A stretch of DNA of 48,296 nucleotides from assembly GCA_943348815.1 (NCBI GenBank), contig CALQYT010000001.1, forward strand, positions 158,994 through 207,289. Reading direction: 5' to 3'. The translations under genes were made by a program, and so were the position numbers. Below are positions 39,430-48,296 of the stretch, piece after piece. Below the pieces are notes generated by a model, which did no database searches, was not told the origin of the DNA, and saw nothing but the letters and a program-made list of their open reading frames with translations. The stretch's first letter is position 1. Every line of letters starts with the position of its first letter. Source of the stretch: Candidatus Nomurabacteria bacterium (GTDB taxonomy: Bacteria; Patescibacteriota; Minisyncoccia; Phycocordibacterales; SBAW01).

Positions 39430-41388
39430 ATGGCTGAACCAAAAAACAAACTTCCTCCGCCGGTTAAAAAGTCGCGCCGGCCGGGGATGCCGCAGATGCC
39501 CAAGTTTCCGCGTGGTGACTCGTTTTGGGTCAATGTCGCAACTAGCGTGCTGGTGTTGTTGTTGCTCGCGGGCGCGTACAGCTACTTTGCGGGCGGTGCG
39601 GCTACTAAAACCGAGGACATTGCACTCTCACAAGTAGCCCAGGATATTGCGGCGGGCAAAGTTACCTCGGTCGAGGTCAGCGACAACGATTTGAAGATCA
39701 TCTACACCGACAAGACCGAAAAGAAATCTAAAAAAGAGCCCGAAGCCTCACTCTCTGACACGCTCAAAAATTATGGCGTGACTCCGGCCGCGCTCGACAA
39801 AGTTTCTATCAATGTTGCGCGTGAGAGCGGCTTTCAGTATTGGTTGATCGCGCTCGCGCCATTCTTTGCACCGATCTTGCTGCTTGGATTTTTTGTCTGG
39901 TATCTCTCGCGCCAGGTGCGCGGCGCGGGGATGCAGGCGTTTAGTTTTGGTCAAAGCAAGCCGCGCGTCATTGACCCGGGCGACTCGGCGCAGCGTGTGA
40001 CCTTTAAAGATGTCGCGGGTGCCAAAGAAGCCAAACAAGAATTGCTCGAGATCGTCGACTTTCTAAAAAATCCTAAAAAATTCCTCGACATTGGTGCACG
40101 TATTCCCAAGGGCATTCTGCTCATGGGTGCACCCGGTACCGGCAAAACGCTGTTGGCTCGCGCTGTAGCGGGGGAGGCGGGTGTGCCCTTCTTCTCTATC
40201 TCCGGTTCTGAGTTTGTCGAGATGTTTGTCGGCGTGGGCGCGAGCCGCGTACGCGACCTCTTCCTCACCGCCAAGCGCGCAGCGCCCGCAATTATTTTCG
40301 TAGACGAAATTGACGCCGTCGGTCGCGTACGCGGCACGGGCGTTGGCGGTGGCAACGACGAGCGCGAGCAAACGCTCAACCAGATTTTGGTTGAGATGGA
40401 TGGCTTTGAACCGAACGAAAAGGTGATTGTGATGGCCGCAACCAACCGCCCCGACGTACTCGACCCTGCACTTTTGCGTCCTGGCCGCTTTGACCGGCGC
40501 GTCACCATCGACCTCCCTGATCGCCAAGACCGCTTGGACATTTTGGGCATCCATGCGCGCCAAAAACCGCTCGCCGAGGATGTAAACCTGATGGTTATAG
40601 CAGAGCGCACGCCAGGATTCTCCGGTGCTGATCTCTACTCGCTTATGAACGAAGGTGCGATATTAGCCGCGCGCGAAAACCGCAAAACCGTTGCGCAGTT
40701 TGACCTCATCCGCAGTATCGAAAAGGTAATGCTCGGCCCCGAGCGCAAATCGCACGTGCTCAATAAAAAAGAAAAGGAGATCACCGCCTATCACGAAGCG
40801 GGTCATGCACTGGTGGCATCGGTGCTGCCGTATGCCGACCCGGTGCACAAAATTTCGATCATCTCGCGCGGTCGTGCTGCAGGCTATACGCTCAAACTCC
40901 CATTTGAGGACAAAAAAATGCAGAGTAAAAAAGAATTTTTGGATGACATCGCTATGTCGCTCGGTGGCTACGTAGCCGAGCGCCTGGTGTTTGGCGACAT
41001 CACCACCGGCCCCAGCAACGACCTACAAGTACTCACCGGTTTGGCGCGCACGATGGTAACCCGCTACGGCATGAGCAATCTGGGCACTATTGCCTTTGAG
41101 GGCGATGGCGGTCGCGCAATGTTTGGCACCGGGGTAGATGGCGCACACTATAGCGAAAAGGTAAGTGCACAAATTGATGCCGAGGTTAAAAAGATTATCG
41201 ACGAGGCCTACGAAAAAGCCGAAGCCATAATTAAAGAGCACCGCAAGCTCCTCAATGCAATAGCCGCACGCTTGGTAGAAAAGGAGACTATGGAGCGTGA
41301 GGAGTTTGAGCAAATGCTGGTACTCCATGGCGTTGAGCCAAAGAAAAAAGAAGATATTTTGGTCGAGCCGCAGGTGGTTAATTTCTAA
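39430..41388 (+). CDS. ftsH: ATP-dependent zinc metalloprotease FtsH
   Basis: [28 protein letters not shown] and HEAGHAL motifs. Start at ATG 39430 within ORF 39160-41388. Confidence 0.95.
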   Translation: MAEPKNKLPPPVKKSRRPGMPQMPKFPRGDSFWVNVATSVLVLLLLAGAYSYFAGGAATKTEDIALSQVAQDIAAGKVTSVEVSDNDLKIIYTDKTEKKSKKEPEASLSDTLKNYGVTPAALDKVSINVARESGFQYWLIALAPFFAPILLLGFFVWYLSRQVRGAGMQAFSFGQSKPRVIDPGDSAQRVTFKDVAGAKEAKQELLEIVDFLKNPKKFLDIGARIPKGILLMGAPGTGKTLLARAVAGEAGVPFFSISGSEFVEMFVGVGASRVRDLFLTAKRAAPAIIFVDEIDAVGRVRGTGVGGGNDEREQTLNQILVEMDGFEPNEKVIVMAATNRPDVLDPALLRPGRFDRRVTIDLPDRQDRLDILGIHARQKPLAEDVNLMVIAERTPGFSGADLYSLMNEGAILAARENRKTVAQFDLIRSIEKVMLGPERKSHVLNKKEKEITAYHEAGHALVASVLPYADPVHKISIISRGRAAGYTLKLPFEDKKMQSKKEFLDDIAMSLGGYVAERLVFGDITTGPSNDLQVLTGLARTMVTRYGMSNLGTIAFEGDGGRAMFGTGVDGAHYSEKVSAQIDAEVKKIIDEAYEKAEAIIKEHRKLLNAIAARLVEKETMEREEFEQMLVLHGVEPKKKEDILVEPQVVNF

Positions 41389-41391
41389 AAC

Positions 41392-41417
41392 AAAAAGATC
41401 CGTTCGTGCGGATCTTT
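41392..41417. terminator. bidirectional terminator
   Basis: AGATCCG-TTCGTG-CGGATCT with flanking A and T runs. Confidence 0.6.
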
Positions 41418-42048
41418 ACATAAGGTCTCTCAAACTCTTGGAGTACTGCCGTTCGTGGAAGACGAAGGCAAAGAACGCGAGCGCTCCGAAGACTGCGTAA
41501 AGCGCCAAGAAGATGGCGGTAAACGTGAGCCATAGCTTGAACTCTGGCCAGCTTATGAGCGTGAGCTTCTCGACATGAGAGAGCATCCAGACGAGATTAA
41601 GAGCGATGACCACCATCAGCACCAAGCCAACCATGATGCATAGCGACAGAGTGACGCTCGAGGGTCGAAACTGCCAGAGTCGGCCCTCTTTCTTGTCTTC
41701 GTCCAGCAGGTTTTGAAAGTAGAACGGCCAGAGCAGTCGGGCGTACGTTGTGGAAGGGCCACGCTCGGCGCTTTGCATACGGATGCCGAATTCGGGTTCG
41801 GGGTCGTTCGTCATGATGATGAGAGCGAACGTCACGCCGCACCCGAGCGCCGGGAAGGCCGCGAGATAAAGAAATGGCGGCACCTTCCACCCGATCAGGG
41901 CGAAGATGATAGTGACCCCCAACAGAGAAAGGGCCACTTGCAGCATCGTGGGTTTCAGAGCCTCGATTTCTTCGGGGGTGTTGACTGTGTGCACGGGTGT
42001 ATCCTCCCTGTGCGGTTGGAGTGACGGTATCCGCGCAAACGATAGCAT
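41416..42048 (-). CDS. hypothetical polytopic membrane protein
   Basis: 210-aa ORF with 5-6 hydrophobic helices. No motif. Confidence 0.6.
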   Translation of the reverse strand: MLSFARIPSLQPHREDTPVHTVNTPEEIEALKPTMLQVALSLLGVTIIFALIGWKVPPFLYLAAFPALGCGVTFALIIMTNDPEPEFGIRMQSAERGPSTTYARLLWPFYFQNLLDEDKKEGRLWQFRPSSVTLSLCIMVGLVLMVVIALNLVWMLSHVEKLTLISWPEFKLWLTFTAIFLALYAVFGALAFFAFVFHERQYSKSLRDLM

Positions 42049-42077
42049 GAAGGCAAAGTTTCGGGTAGAGTTTAGGG

Positions 42078-42149
42078 GCGCGAGTAGCTCAGTGGTAGAG
42101 CGTCCGTCTTATACACGGATGGTCGTAGGTTCGATCCCTACCTCGCGCA
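42078..42149 (+). tRNA. tRNA-Ile, anticodon UAU (CCA not encoded)
   Basis: Cloverleaf: acceptor GCGCGAG/CTCGCGC, D arm GCTC-AGTGGTA-GAGC, anticodon arm TCCGT-CTTATAC-ACGGA, T arm GTAGG-TTCGATC-CCTAC, discriminator A. Confidence 0.88.
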
Positions 42150-42150
42150 C

Positions 42151-42873
42151 ATGGTCACTAAGCGTAACAAGGTGCATCTTCAGGAGCTATCTAAAAAAGA
42201 TCGTCAGTTTATCGACTCTGTTCGATACAAAATGTTTGAGAGTTACCGCAATACCCCTGCCAAGGGAGTAGAGGTGGTTCATTTAGGAAAGAAGTTTAAA
42301 ATTAAAAGAAATGTATTTTGGCCACAGGATGATAGTAAATCGCTCATACAAAACCTCCGAATAAAGAAAGGTGACACGGTGCTCGATCTCGGTACGGGGT
42401 CCGGTGTTATTGCAATCAATGCTGCGAAATTGGGCGCAAAAAAAGTAGTTGCAGTGGATATTAATCCTGCTGCAGTGCGATGTGCGCGAGAGAATGCGCG
42501 ACTACATGGAGTCGGAAAAATAGTTGAGGTTAGACTGTCTCGCGGTTTTCAAAAGATAAAATCCAACGAACTATTCGATGTAATAGCATCTAACCCGCCT
42601 TTTAATGACCACAAGGCACGAGATTTTGTCGAAGCCTCTATGTATGACAAGGGTTTGACCCTGTATCGAGAGATCCTTGCCAAAGCAAAGAAACATTTAA
42701 AAAAGAATGGTCGTATCTATTTGGCCCAAGCAAATTTTGGGAAAGTAAAAAAACAAATGAGTCTCGCGCGCAGAGCTGGTTATAAATCGCGTTTGCTTGG
42801 TTCGATAAAAAGTAACGGAGGAAGAGTATTTTATGCCTCGGAATTAGTGCCAGACTCCCAGAAAAAGTCTTAG
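42151..42873 (+). CDS. class I SAM methyltransferase, HemK/Mtq2-like (NPPF motif)
   Basis: VLDLGTGSGVIAI (motif I) and ASNPPF (motif IV). VFWPQDDSKSL resembles the archaeal HemK-related family. AT-rich. Start uncertain. Confidence 0.7.
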   Translation: MVTKRNKVHLQELSKKDRQFIDSVRYKMFESYRNTPAKGVEVVHLGKKFKIKRNVFWPQDDSKSLIQNLRIKKGDTVLDLGTGSGVIAINAAKLGAKKVVAVDINPAAVRCARENARLHGVGKIVEVRLSRGFQKIKSNELFDVIASNPPFNDHKARDFVEASMYDKGLTLYREILAKAKKHLKKNGRIYLAQANFGKVKKQMSLARRAGYKSRLLGSIKSNGGRVFYASELVPDSQKKS

Positions 42874-42878
42874 TAAGG

Positions 42879-45056
42879 CTACTCTAGGTGTGTTTGTGCT
42901 GCGCGGGCAGAGAGAGTAGCGGCGAGCAGGGGGTGAGCTTTTAGTTCGATATCTTTTTTGACCAACGCCAACGCTTCGGTGCGGGCGGCTTCGACTAGCT
43001 TGAGATTTTTTAGCGCTTCCATACCGACGTCCGAAATGCCCCATTGTTTAGAACCTGAGAGTTGCCCAGCACCGCGTTGCAACAAGTCTTGCTCGGCCAA
43101 CTCGAAACCATTTTTGGAAGTCGTGAGCGCTTTAAGACGTGCCAAAGTTTGCTCACCCTTACTTTCGGGGCAGACATAGCAATAGGCTTGATGGTTGGAG
43201 CGCACGACGCGGCCGCGCAGTTGATGTAGTTGAGACAAACCAAATCTTTCTGCTCCCTCGATAAAAATCATCGTCGCGTTAGGCACGTTGACGCCCACTT
43301 CGACTACCGAGGTTGCAACCAAAATATCTATTTCGTGATTCGAAAACCGTGCCATCACCTTGTCTTTGTCGGCGGGTTTCATTTTGCTATGCAAAATATC
43401 CAGCGTATATTCTGGGAATACATCTTTCTTTAATCTTTTTGCCTCGGCCTTAACCGACTTGGCCTGGAGTGCAAATGCTTTTTCAGGATCGGGCTCGTCG
43501 ATGCGCGGACAAATGACATAGGCTTGTCTACCGGCCTCTAACTGCCCGCGCATTTCGTCGTACGCTTCGTTTCTTTTTTGTGGTGCAACAATTTTAGTAA
43601 TGATGGGTTTGCGGCCGGGCGGCATTTGGTCGAGCAGGGTCAGGTCGAGATCGCCATACAACGTAAGCGCGAGCGTGCGCGGTATTGGGGTTGCGGTCAT
43701 CGATAGCAAGTGCGGCAGCCTCTTTTCTTTTTTAGCCAATGCGCGGCGTTGGTTGGTGCCAAAGCGATGCTGCTCGTCTATCACCACCAGTGCGAGATGT
43801 TTAAACTGCACACTTTTTTGTATGAGTGCATGTGTACCAATGAGTACCGGGATCTCGCCGTTAGCTACCCATTTTAAAAGTTGTGTGCGCGAGATGTTGG
43901 TGATTTCCTGCCCGCCGGCAGGCAGGTGTCTTTGTTTAATTTTTGAGGGGAATTTGTAACACCCCGAACCGGTAATAAGCCCGATGTTGATGGGGAAGCG
44001 CTCAAAAAATTTAATAAACGATTCAAAATGTTGTTTAGCCAAAATTTCGGTCGGTGCCATGTAGGCCACTTGGAGCGTGCCAAAATTCTGGCCCTCGGGT
44101 CGGGTGCGCACGCAAGCGTAGGCGGCTGTGGCCGCGACCGCCGTTTTGCCCGAGCCCACATCGCCCTCGAGCAAACGCGACATCGGTGAGCCGCGGCGCA
44201 GGTCGCCTAAAATAGTTTCGATCGCGTTGTTTTGCGCAACCGTCGCCTCAAAGGGGAAGTCTTTCATAAACTGGGCGATGTCTTGGCGCGTGGCGTCGAC
44301 CACAAAACTTTTCTCCCGCGCCTCAAGCAACCTTTCGCGTTGGCGCTCGAGTTGGATCATAAACACTTCCTCAAACGCAAAACGTTTGCGCGCGGCTTCC
44401 GCATTTTTCAACTCTTTGGGCTGATGTGCCCACACCAGTGCGGTCGCCAAGCTAGGCAGACTGTAGTTTTTGAGCAATGCGGCCGGCAGTGCGTCGGTCA
44501 AATCGGGCTTAGCATCAAAAATCTTTTTAATCGCGCTCCTAAACCACAAAGACGAAATTCCTCTACTTTCTGGATAAATGGAAAATAAATCTTTATTCTT
44601 GGATCCTGAATCCTGAATCTCAAAAAGTCCGGCTTCCGTAGCCGAGACTTTTTGTAGTTGCGGGTTGGCCAAATATAATTTGCCCTCGCTGCCCGAGACT
44701 TTGCCGGTGGCTTTTACCAACGCGCCCTCGCCGTACATTTTTGCAATGTACGGTTGGTTGAACCATCGCACTTTTATCCTTCCTGAATTGTCGCGCAAGT
44801 AGCCTTCGGTCATTGGCACGCGCGACTTCCAACTTTTTTTGGCTTCCAATTTTTCAAGCGTGCCGACCAAACTCGCTTCTTGCCCGGCCACAAGCCCGGT
44901 TACGGCCGAGGCTTCGCCGCCCACGTCGTAGCGAGAGGGGAAGTGATATAGCAGGTCGCGCACGGTCCGGATGCCTAGCTTATGCAGCGCCGATTTTTGG
45001 ATGTCGGTGAGGCGGAAATGCTCTTCGAGTCGGTCGCCAAGGCGCATGCGATGCAT
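42879..45056 (-). CDS. recG: ATP-dependent DNA helicase RecG
   Basis: GDVGSGKTAVA, VVIDEQHRFG and QLRGRVVRS motifs. Start at ATG 45056 (MHRMRLGD) within ORF 42879-45314. Confidence 0.92.
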   Translation of the reverse strand: MHRMRLGDRLEEHFRLTDIQKSALHKLGIRTVRDLLYHFPSRYDVGGEASAVTGLVAGQEASLVGTLEKLEAKKSWKSRVPMTEGYLRDNSGRIKVRWFNQPYIAKMYGEGALVKATGKVSGSEGKLYLANPQLQKVSATEAGLFEIQDSGSKNKDLFSIYPESRGISSLWFRSAIKKIFDAKPDLTDALPAALLKNYSLPSLATALVWAHQPKELKNAEAARKRFAFEEVFMIQLERQRERLLEAREKSFVVDATRQDIAQFMKDFPFEATVAQNNAIETILGDLRRGSPMSRLLEGDVGSGKTAVAATAAYACVRTRPEGQNFGTLQVAYMAPTEILAKQHFESFIKFFERFPINIGLITGSGCYKFPSKIKQRHLPAGGQEITNISRTQLLKWVANGEIPVLIGTHALIQKSVQFKHLALVVIDEQHRFGTNQRRALAKKEKRLPHLLSMTATPIPRTLALTLYGDLDLTLLDQMPPGRKPIITKIVAPQKRNEAYDEMRGQLEAGRQAYVICPRIDEPDPEKAFALQAKSVKAEAKRLKKDVFPEYTLDILHSKMKPADKDKVMARFSNHEIDILVATSVVEVGVNVPNATMIFIEGAERFGLSQLHQLRGRVVRSNHQAYCYVCPESKGEQTLARLKALTTSKNGFELAEQDLLQRGAGQLSGSKQWGISDVGMEALKNLKLVEAARTEALALVKKDIELKAHPLLAATLSARAAQTHLE

Positions 45057-45069
45057 TATACTGGGCCGG

Positions 45070-46206
45070 ATGAAGAAAAACGACACAAACTCTAAAGCTA
45101 TTGCCTTGCACAAAAAGCTCAGGGGGAAGATTACTATAAGCTCGACTATGTCGGTTACGAGCCGCGCCGAACTTAGTTTGGTATATACACCGGGGGTTGC
45201 CGCTGTTTCGTCACTGCTCCATAAAAATGCAAAACTCGCGCGCGAGTACACCATTAAAGGCAAAACCGTCGCCGTAATTTCGGATGGCTCGGCCGTGTTG
45301 GGGTTGGGGAACATTGGCCCCTATGGCGCGTTGCCGGTGATGGAGGGTAAGTGCGCACTCTTTAAAACCTTTGCTAACGTTGAAGCCTTTCCGCTCGTGC
45401 TCGACACACAAGATCCTGAAAAAATAATTGAGGCGGTGATGGCCGTGGCGCCGGTCTTTGGCGGGATTAACCTCGAGGATATCGCCGCGCCGAAATGTTT
45501 TTATATAGAAGAAGAATTAAAAAAGCGGCTCGACATCCCGGTGATGCACGATGATCAACACGGTACCGCTATTGCGGTGTTGGCAGCGCTTATTAACGCA
45601 GCAAAAGTAGTTAACAAAGATCTCAAGAAATTAAAAGTGGTCATCTCGGGTGCCGGTGCAGCAGGCACCGCGGTCGCCAAATTACTTTTGGTTGCGGGCA
45701 TTAAAGACATCGTAATTTTGGACAGCAAGGGTGTGATCGATAAAAATCGCCCCGAAGCGCATAAAAAAGCACTCGCGGCAAAAACCAACCCCCGTAAAGT
45801 AGCAGGCGGCTTGCAAGACGCACTTAAGGGAGCTGACGTGTTGTTGGGCGTCTCGGGCCCTGGGCTTGCTACCGCAGCAGATATAAAACTCATGGCCAAA
45901 AAAGCGATTGTACTGGCCATGGCAAACCCAACGCCCGAAATTTTGCCCGAAGAGGCTCTGCGTGGCGGGGCAGCCGTGGTGGGCACGGGCCGCAGTGATT
46001 ATCCAAACCAAATAAACAACTCGCTCGTCTTTCCTGGCGTCTTTCGCGGAGCACTCGACAACGGCGTGCGTAAAATTACTGACGAGATGAAGGTCCGCGC
46101 GGCGCACAATTTGGCTGCGTTAGTTAAAAAACCAACCGCACAAAAAATAGTCCCAGGGCCTTTTGAGCCCGGAGTCGCCAAAGCCGTCGCTCGTGCCATT
46201 CGGTAA
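45070..46206 (+). CDS. NAD(P)-dependent malic enzyme (short form)
   Basis: LSLVYTPGVA, GLGNIGPYGALPVMEGK, FGGINLEDI, DDQHGTA and SGAGAAG motifs. Start at ATG 45070. Confidence 0.9.
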   Translation: MKKNDTNSKAIALHKKLRGKITISSTMSVTSRAELSLVYTPGVAAVSSLLHKNAKLAREYTIKGKTVAVISDGSAVLGLGNIGPYGALPVMEGKCALFKTFANVEAFPLVLDTQDPEKIIEAVMAVAPVFGGINLEDIAAPKCFYIEEELKKRLDIPVMHDDQHGTAIAVLAALINAAKVVNKDLKKLKVVISGAGAAGTAVAKLLLVAGIKDIVILDSKGVIDKNRPEAHKKALAAKTNPRKVAGGLQDALKGADVLLGVSGPGLATAADIKLMAKKAIVLAMANPTPEILPEEALRGGAAVVGTGRSDYPNQINNSLVFPGVFRGALDNGVRKITDEMKVRAAHNLAALVKKPTAQKIVPGPFEPGVAKAVARAIR

Positions 46207-46232
46207 AAAAATGCTAGGATATCCGTCTATAT

Positions 46233-46754
46233 ATGAGAGGGCACGATCTTGAAAAAGCCTTTGAGGCCTACAGCGATGAGCTCTTCCGTCATGCATCCCT
46301 GCGGCTTAAGGACCGTGAGCGTGCGGTTGAGCTTACCCAAGAGTGCTTTCTGCGTGCCTTCGAATACGTCAAAGGTGGTGGCGTCATAGAGCAGGTGCGG
46401 CCCTTCTTGTATCGCACACTCCGCAACCTGATTATCGACGAGTACCGACGCAAAAAGTCGGTCTCGCTGGAGGCAATGGCCGAGGCGGGCGAGGATAGGA
46501 GCGTCGAAACGCTGTTGCCGGCTGATGAAACCAATACCCTGACGGCAGCGATTGAACGCTACGACGGCAAACGCGCATTGCAACTGGTGCAAAGCCTGCC
46601 CGATACGTATAAAGAAGTATTGCTGCTGCGCTTTGTCGAAGGACTCACTCCGCGCGAGATTGGCGAGATAGTGGGGGAGAGCGAAAATGCGGTATCGGTA
46701 CGGATACACCGCGGACTCAAAAAACTGAAGGATCTGTTTGAACAACCACAATGA
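46233..46754 (+). CDS. ECF-type RNA polymerase sigma factor
   Basis: Region 2 (YRTLRNLIIDEYRRKK) and region 4 HTH (LTPREIGEIVGESENAVSVRIHRGLKKL). Confidence 0.88.
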   Translation: MRGHDLEKAFEAYSDELFRHASLRLKDRERAVELTQECFLRAFEYVKGGGVIEQVRPFLYRTLRNLIIDEYRRKKSVSLEAMAEAGEDRSVETLLPADETNTLTAAIERYDGKRALQLVQSLPDTYKEVLLLRFVEGLTPREIGEIVGESENAVSVRIHRGLKKLKDLFEQPQ

Positions 46755-47893
46755 AAAATCTACAACACGAAGCACAAAAAATTAGACTAAGCGTCGCAGA
46801 AAAAGCGGCGATGAAGGCGCGTATTTTCGGCGCACCGTCACCCGTACAACCGACCCGTAGTCCGTATGTTTTCTTTTCTATATTTTCGTACCACACGCGG
46901 ATGGTGTTGGCGGGACTTTTGTTGTTTGTGCTCGTCGGCACCGGCACCGCATCGGCTGCACAAGGTTCGTTACCAGGCGACCTGCTTTACCCCGTTAAAA
47001 TTTCAGTAAACGAGCGTGTTGAGGCGGCGCTCGCGCCCACCGTGGCTGCTAAAGCGCAGGTACAGGTGGCACAAGCATCGCGTCGTGTCGAGGAGGCTCA
47101 GGTGTTGGCACAGCAAGGCCGTTTGGATGCAACCACGACCGCAACCCTGGCCGACAACTTTGATGAACACGCGCAAGAGGCGCAAGATTTGGCGCAAAAA
47201 GCCGAGGGTGATGACCCGGGCGCAGTGGCAGAGGTAAAGGCGCAGCTTTCCTCATCGCTTTTGGCGCAAGGTGCGATTTTGGCAAAGTTAGGAGATGAGA
47301 GTAATAACAAAGCTAATCGTGATCACTCGCGTGCGTTTGCCGCGCGCATTATTGCGCGTGCCGGAGCAAGCGACCGCAGTGCGGTTACGCCGAGTATCGC
47401 CATGGCATCGGCACCTGCCGAAGTGAGCACTCAGTCGAGTGCAAAAGTTGCACTACAGGTCAGCGCGCTTTCAGCACCGGCAACAACCTCGGCCTCTGCA
47501 GAATCAGAAGGCAAATTTGCGGGAGATACTCACGAAGGAGGCTCGTCTCAGGGTGCTCTTAACCTTGGCGAAAAAGCGACGCAACAAATAGCCGACGCTC
47601 GTGCACAGTTTGAACAGGTTAAACCGTCGCTCGATGCAACCACGACGGTGCGCGTGCAAACACAACTCGACTTGGCCGATAAGGCGCTTGGCCGCGGTGT
47701 CGCACAAGTGCAGAGTGGCGCCTATGCCGATGCACAGGCAAGTTTTGCGCGGGCACTTGGGATAAGCGCGCGGCTCTCGGCACTCCTTGGTGCGCAGCAG
47801 AAGTTCGACAAAGGCATTCTTAAAGCGCTTATCCGCAGCGACGGCGATAAAGCGGAAGAAGACGCGACTATCCGTGTAGAACTGCACCAATAA
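46751..47893 (+). CDS. putative anti-sigma factor / DUF5667-like membrane protein
   Basis: ATGA coupling to the sigma gene. Single TM helix MVLAGLLLFVLVG. LPGDLLYPVK motif. Ala/Gln-rich helical ectodomain. Confidence 0.65.
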   Translation: MKNLQHEAQKIRLSVAEKAAMKARIFGAPSPVQPTRSPYVFFSIFSYHTRMVLAGLLLFVLVGTGTASAAQGSLPGDLLYPVKISVNERVEAALAPTVAAKAQVQVAQASRRVEEAQVLAQQGRLDATTTATLADNFDEHAQEAQDLAQKAEGDDPGAVAEVKAQLSSSLLAQGAILAKLGDESNNKANRDHSRAFAARIIARAGASDRSAVTPSIAMASAPAEVSTQSSAKVALQVSALSAPATTSASAESEGKFAGDTHEGGSSQGALNLGEKATQQIADARAQFEQVKPSLDATTTVRVQTQLDLADKALGRGVAQVQSGAYADAQASFARALGISARLSALLGAQQKFDKGILKALIRSDGDKAEEDATIRVELHQ

Positions 47894-47948
47894 ATACCAA
47901 TACGTTGGCTTTCTTATAGAACTCAAAAGTGGTAAGGTAGCTGCTATT

Positions 47949-48038
<90 letters not shown>

Positions 48039-48296
48039 AAATTCGGAATCAGAAGAAACGGATAAAGCGGGGTCGCGCCGCAGGCGCGACACTAATGCAT
48101 TCCCCCCGCCGAATCCAGAATCCAAAAGGGTTTTCCACGCTCCGCGTGGCTCAAAAAGTACGGTTCGATCCTTAATTTGAAAGTTCGAACCGACTTTTTT
48201 GAACAAATGAGTATTTTCTTCATTTGTTCGGTCGTTTGCCAATTCCATATTGTATTTCAAAAACTTTTCGGTAAGTTCGAACCGATTATTCGCTTT

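Noticed and set aside
41906-42271. 121-aa ORF spanning tRNA-Ile, and a 130-aa ORF (47868-48260, minus strand) spanning tRNA-Ser.
   Set aside because: Both overlap well-formed tRNA cloverleaves and have no protein-like features.
44596-44620. GGATCCTGAATCCTGAATC tandem word inside recG as another family 1 repeat insertion.
   Set aside because: It is in frame within a variable region of RecG (EIQDSGSKNKD) and shares only the GAATCC word, which is insufficient evidence.

Overview
This 48.3 kb chromosomal segment comes from a small-genome bacterium. It is probably Patescibacteria/CPR-like, inferred from the missing L30 gene, SD-less ribosomal genes, extended r-proteins and tRNA-Ile(UAU). The genetic code is standard. 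The backbone is the str-S10-spc ribosomal supercluster: rpsL-rpsG, fusA, tuf, rpsJ, rplC through rplE, rpsN through rpsE, rplO-secY, adk-map. It is followed by ndk, a membrane/beta-CASP/LOG-like operon, infC-rpmI-rplT, ssrA-smpB, cfa, ftsH, tRNA-Ile(UAU), recG, a malic enzyme, an ECF sigma/anti-sigma pair and tRNA-Ser(GCU). The cluster is unusually fragmented. Accessory islands sit at rpsG|fusA, fusA|tuf, rplE|rpsN and secY|adk, and most blocks appear to have their own promoter and terminator. The signals most worth follow-up are listed here. (1) A promoter- and terminator-bounded, roughly 330-nt GC-rich non-coding element lies between rpsJ and rplC. (2) A second compact candidate sRNA lies after ndk, with a 16-bp closing helix. 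(3) Two families of short repeat cassettes sit immediately upstream of start codons and even encode C-terminal tails of L22, L35 and IF3. (4) A giant surface-protein gene is separated from its signal peptide by a +1 frame break that a small upstream paralog exposes. (5) A partial direct copy of the tmRNA 5' region lies next to a GIY-YIG gene downstream of ssrA. (6) Sharp GC-rich and AT-rich single-gene islands occur next to ssrA and tRNA-Ile. No CRISPR array, rRNA gene, transposase or integrase was seen. All calls come from reading the sequence by eye, and no database search was run.
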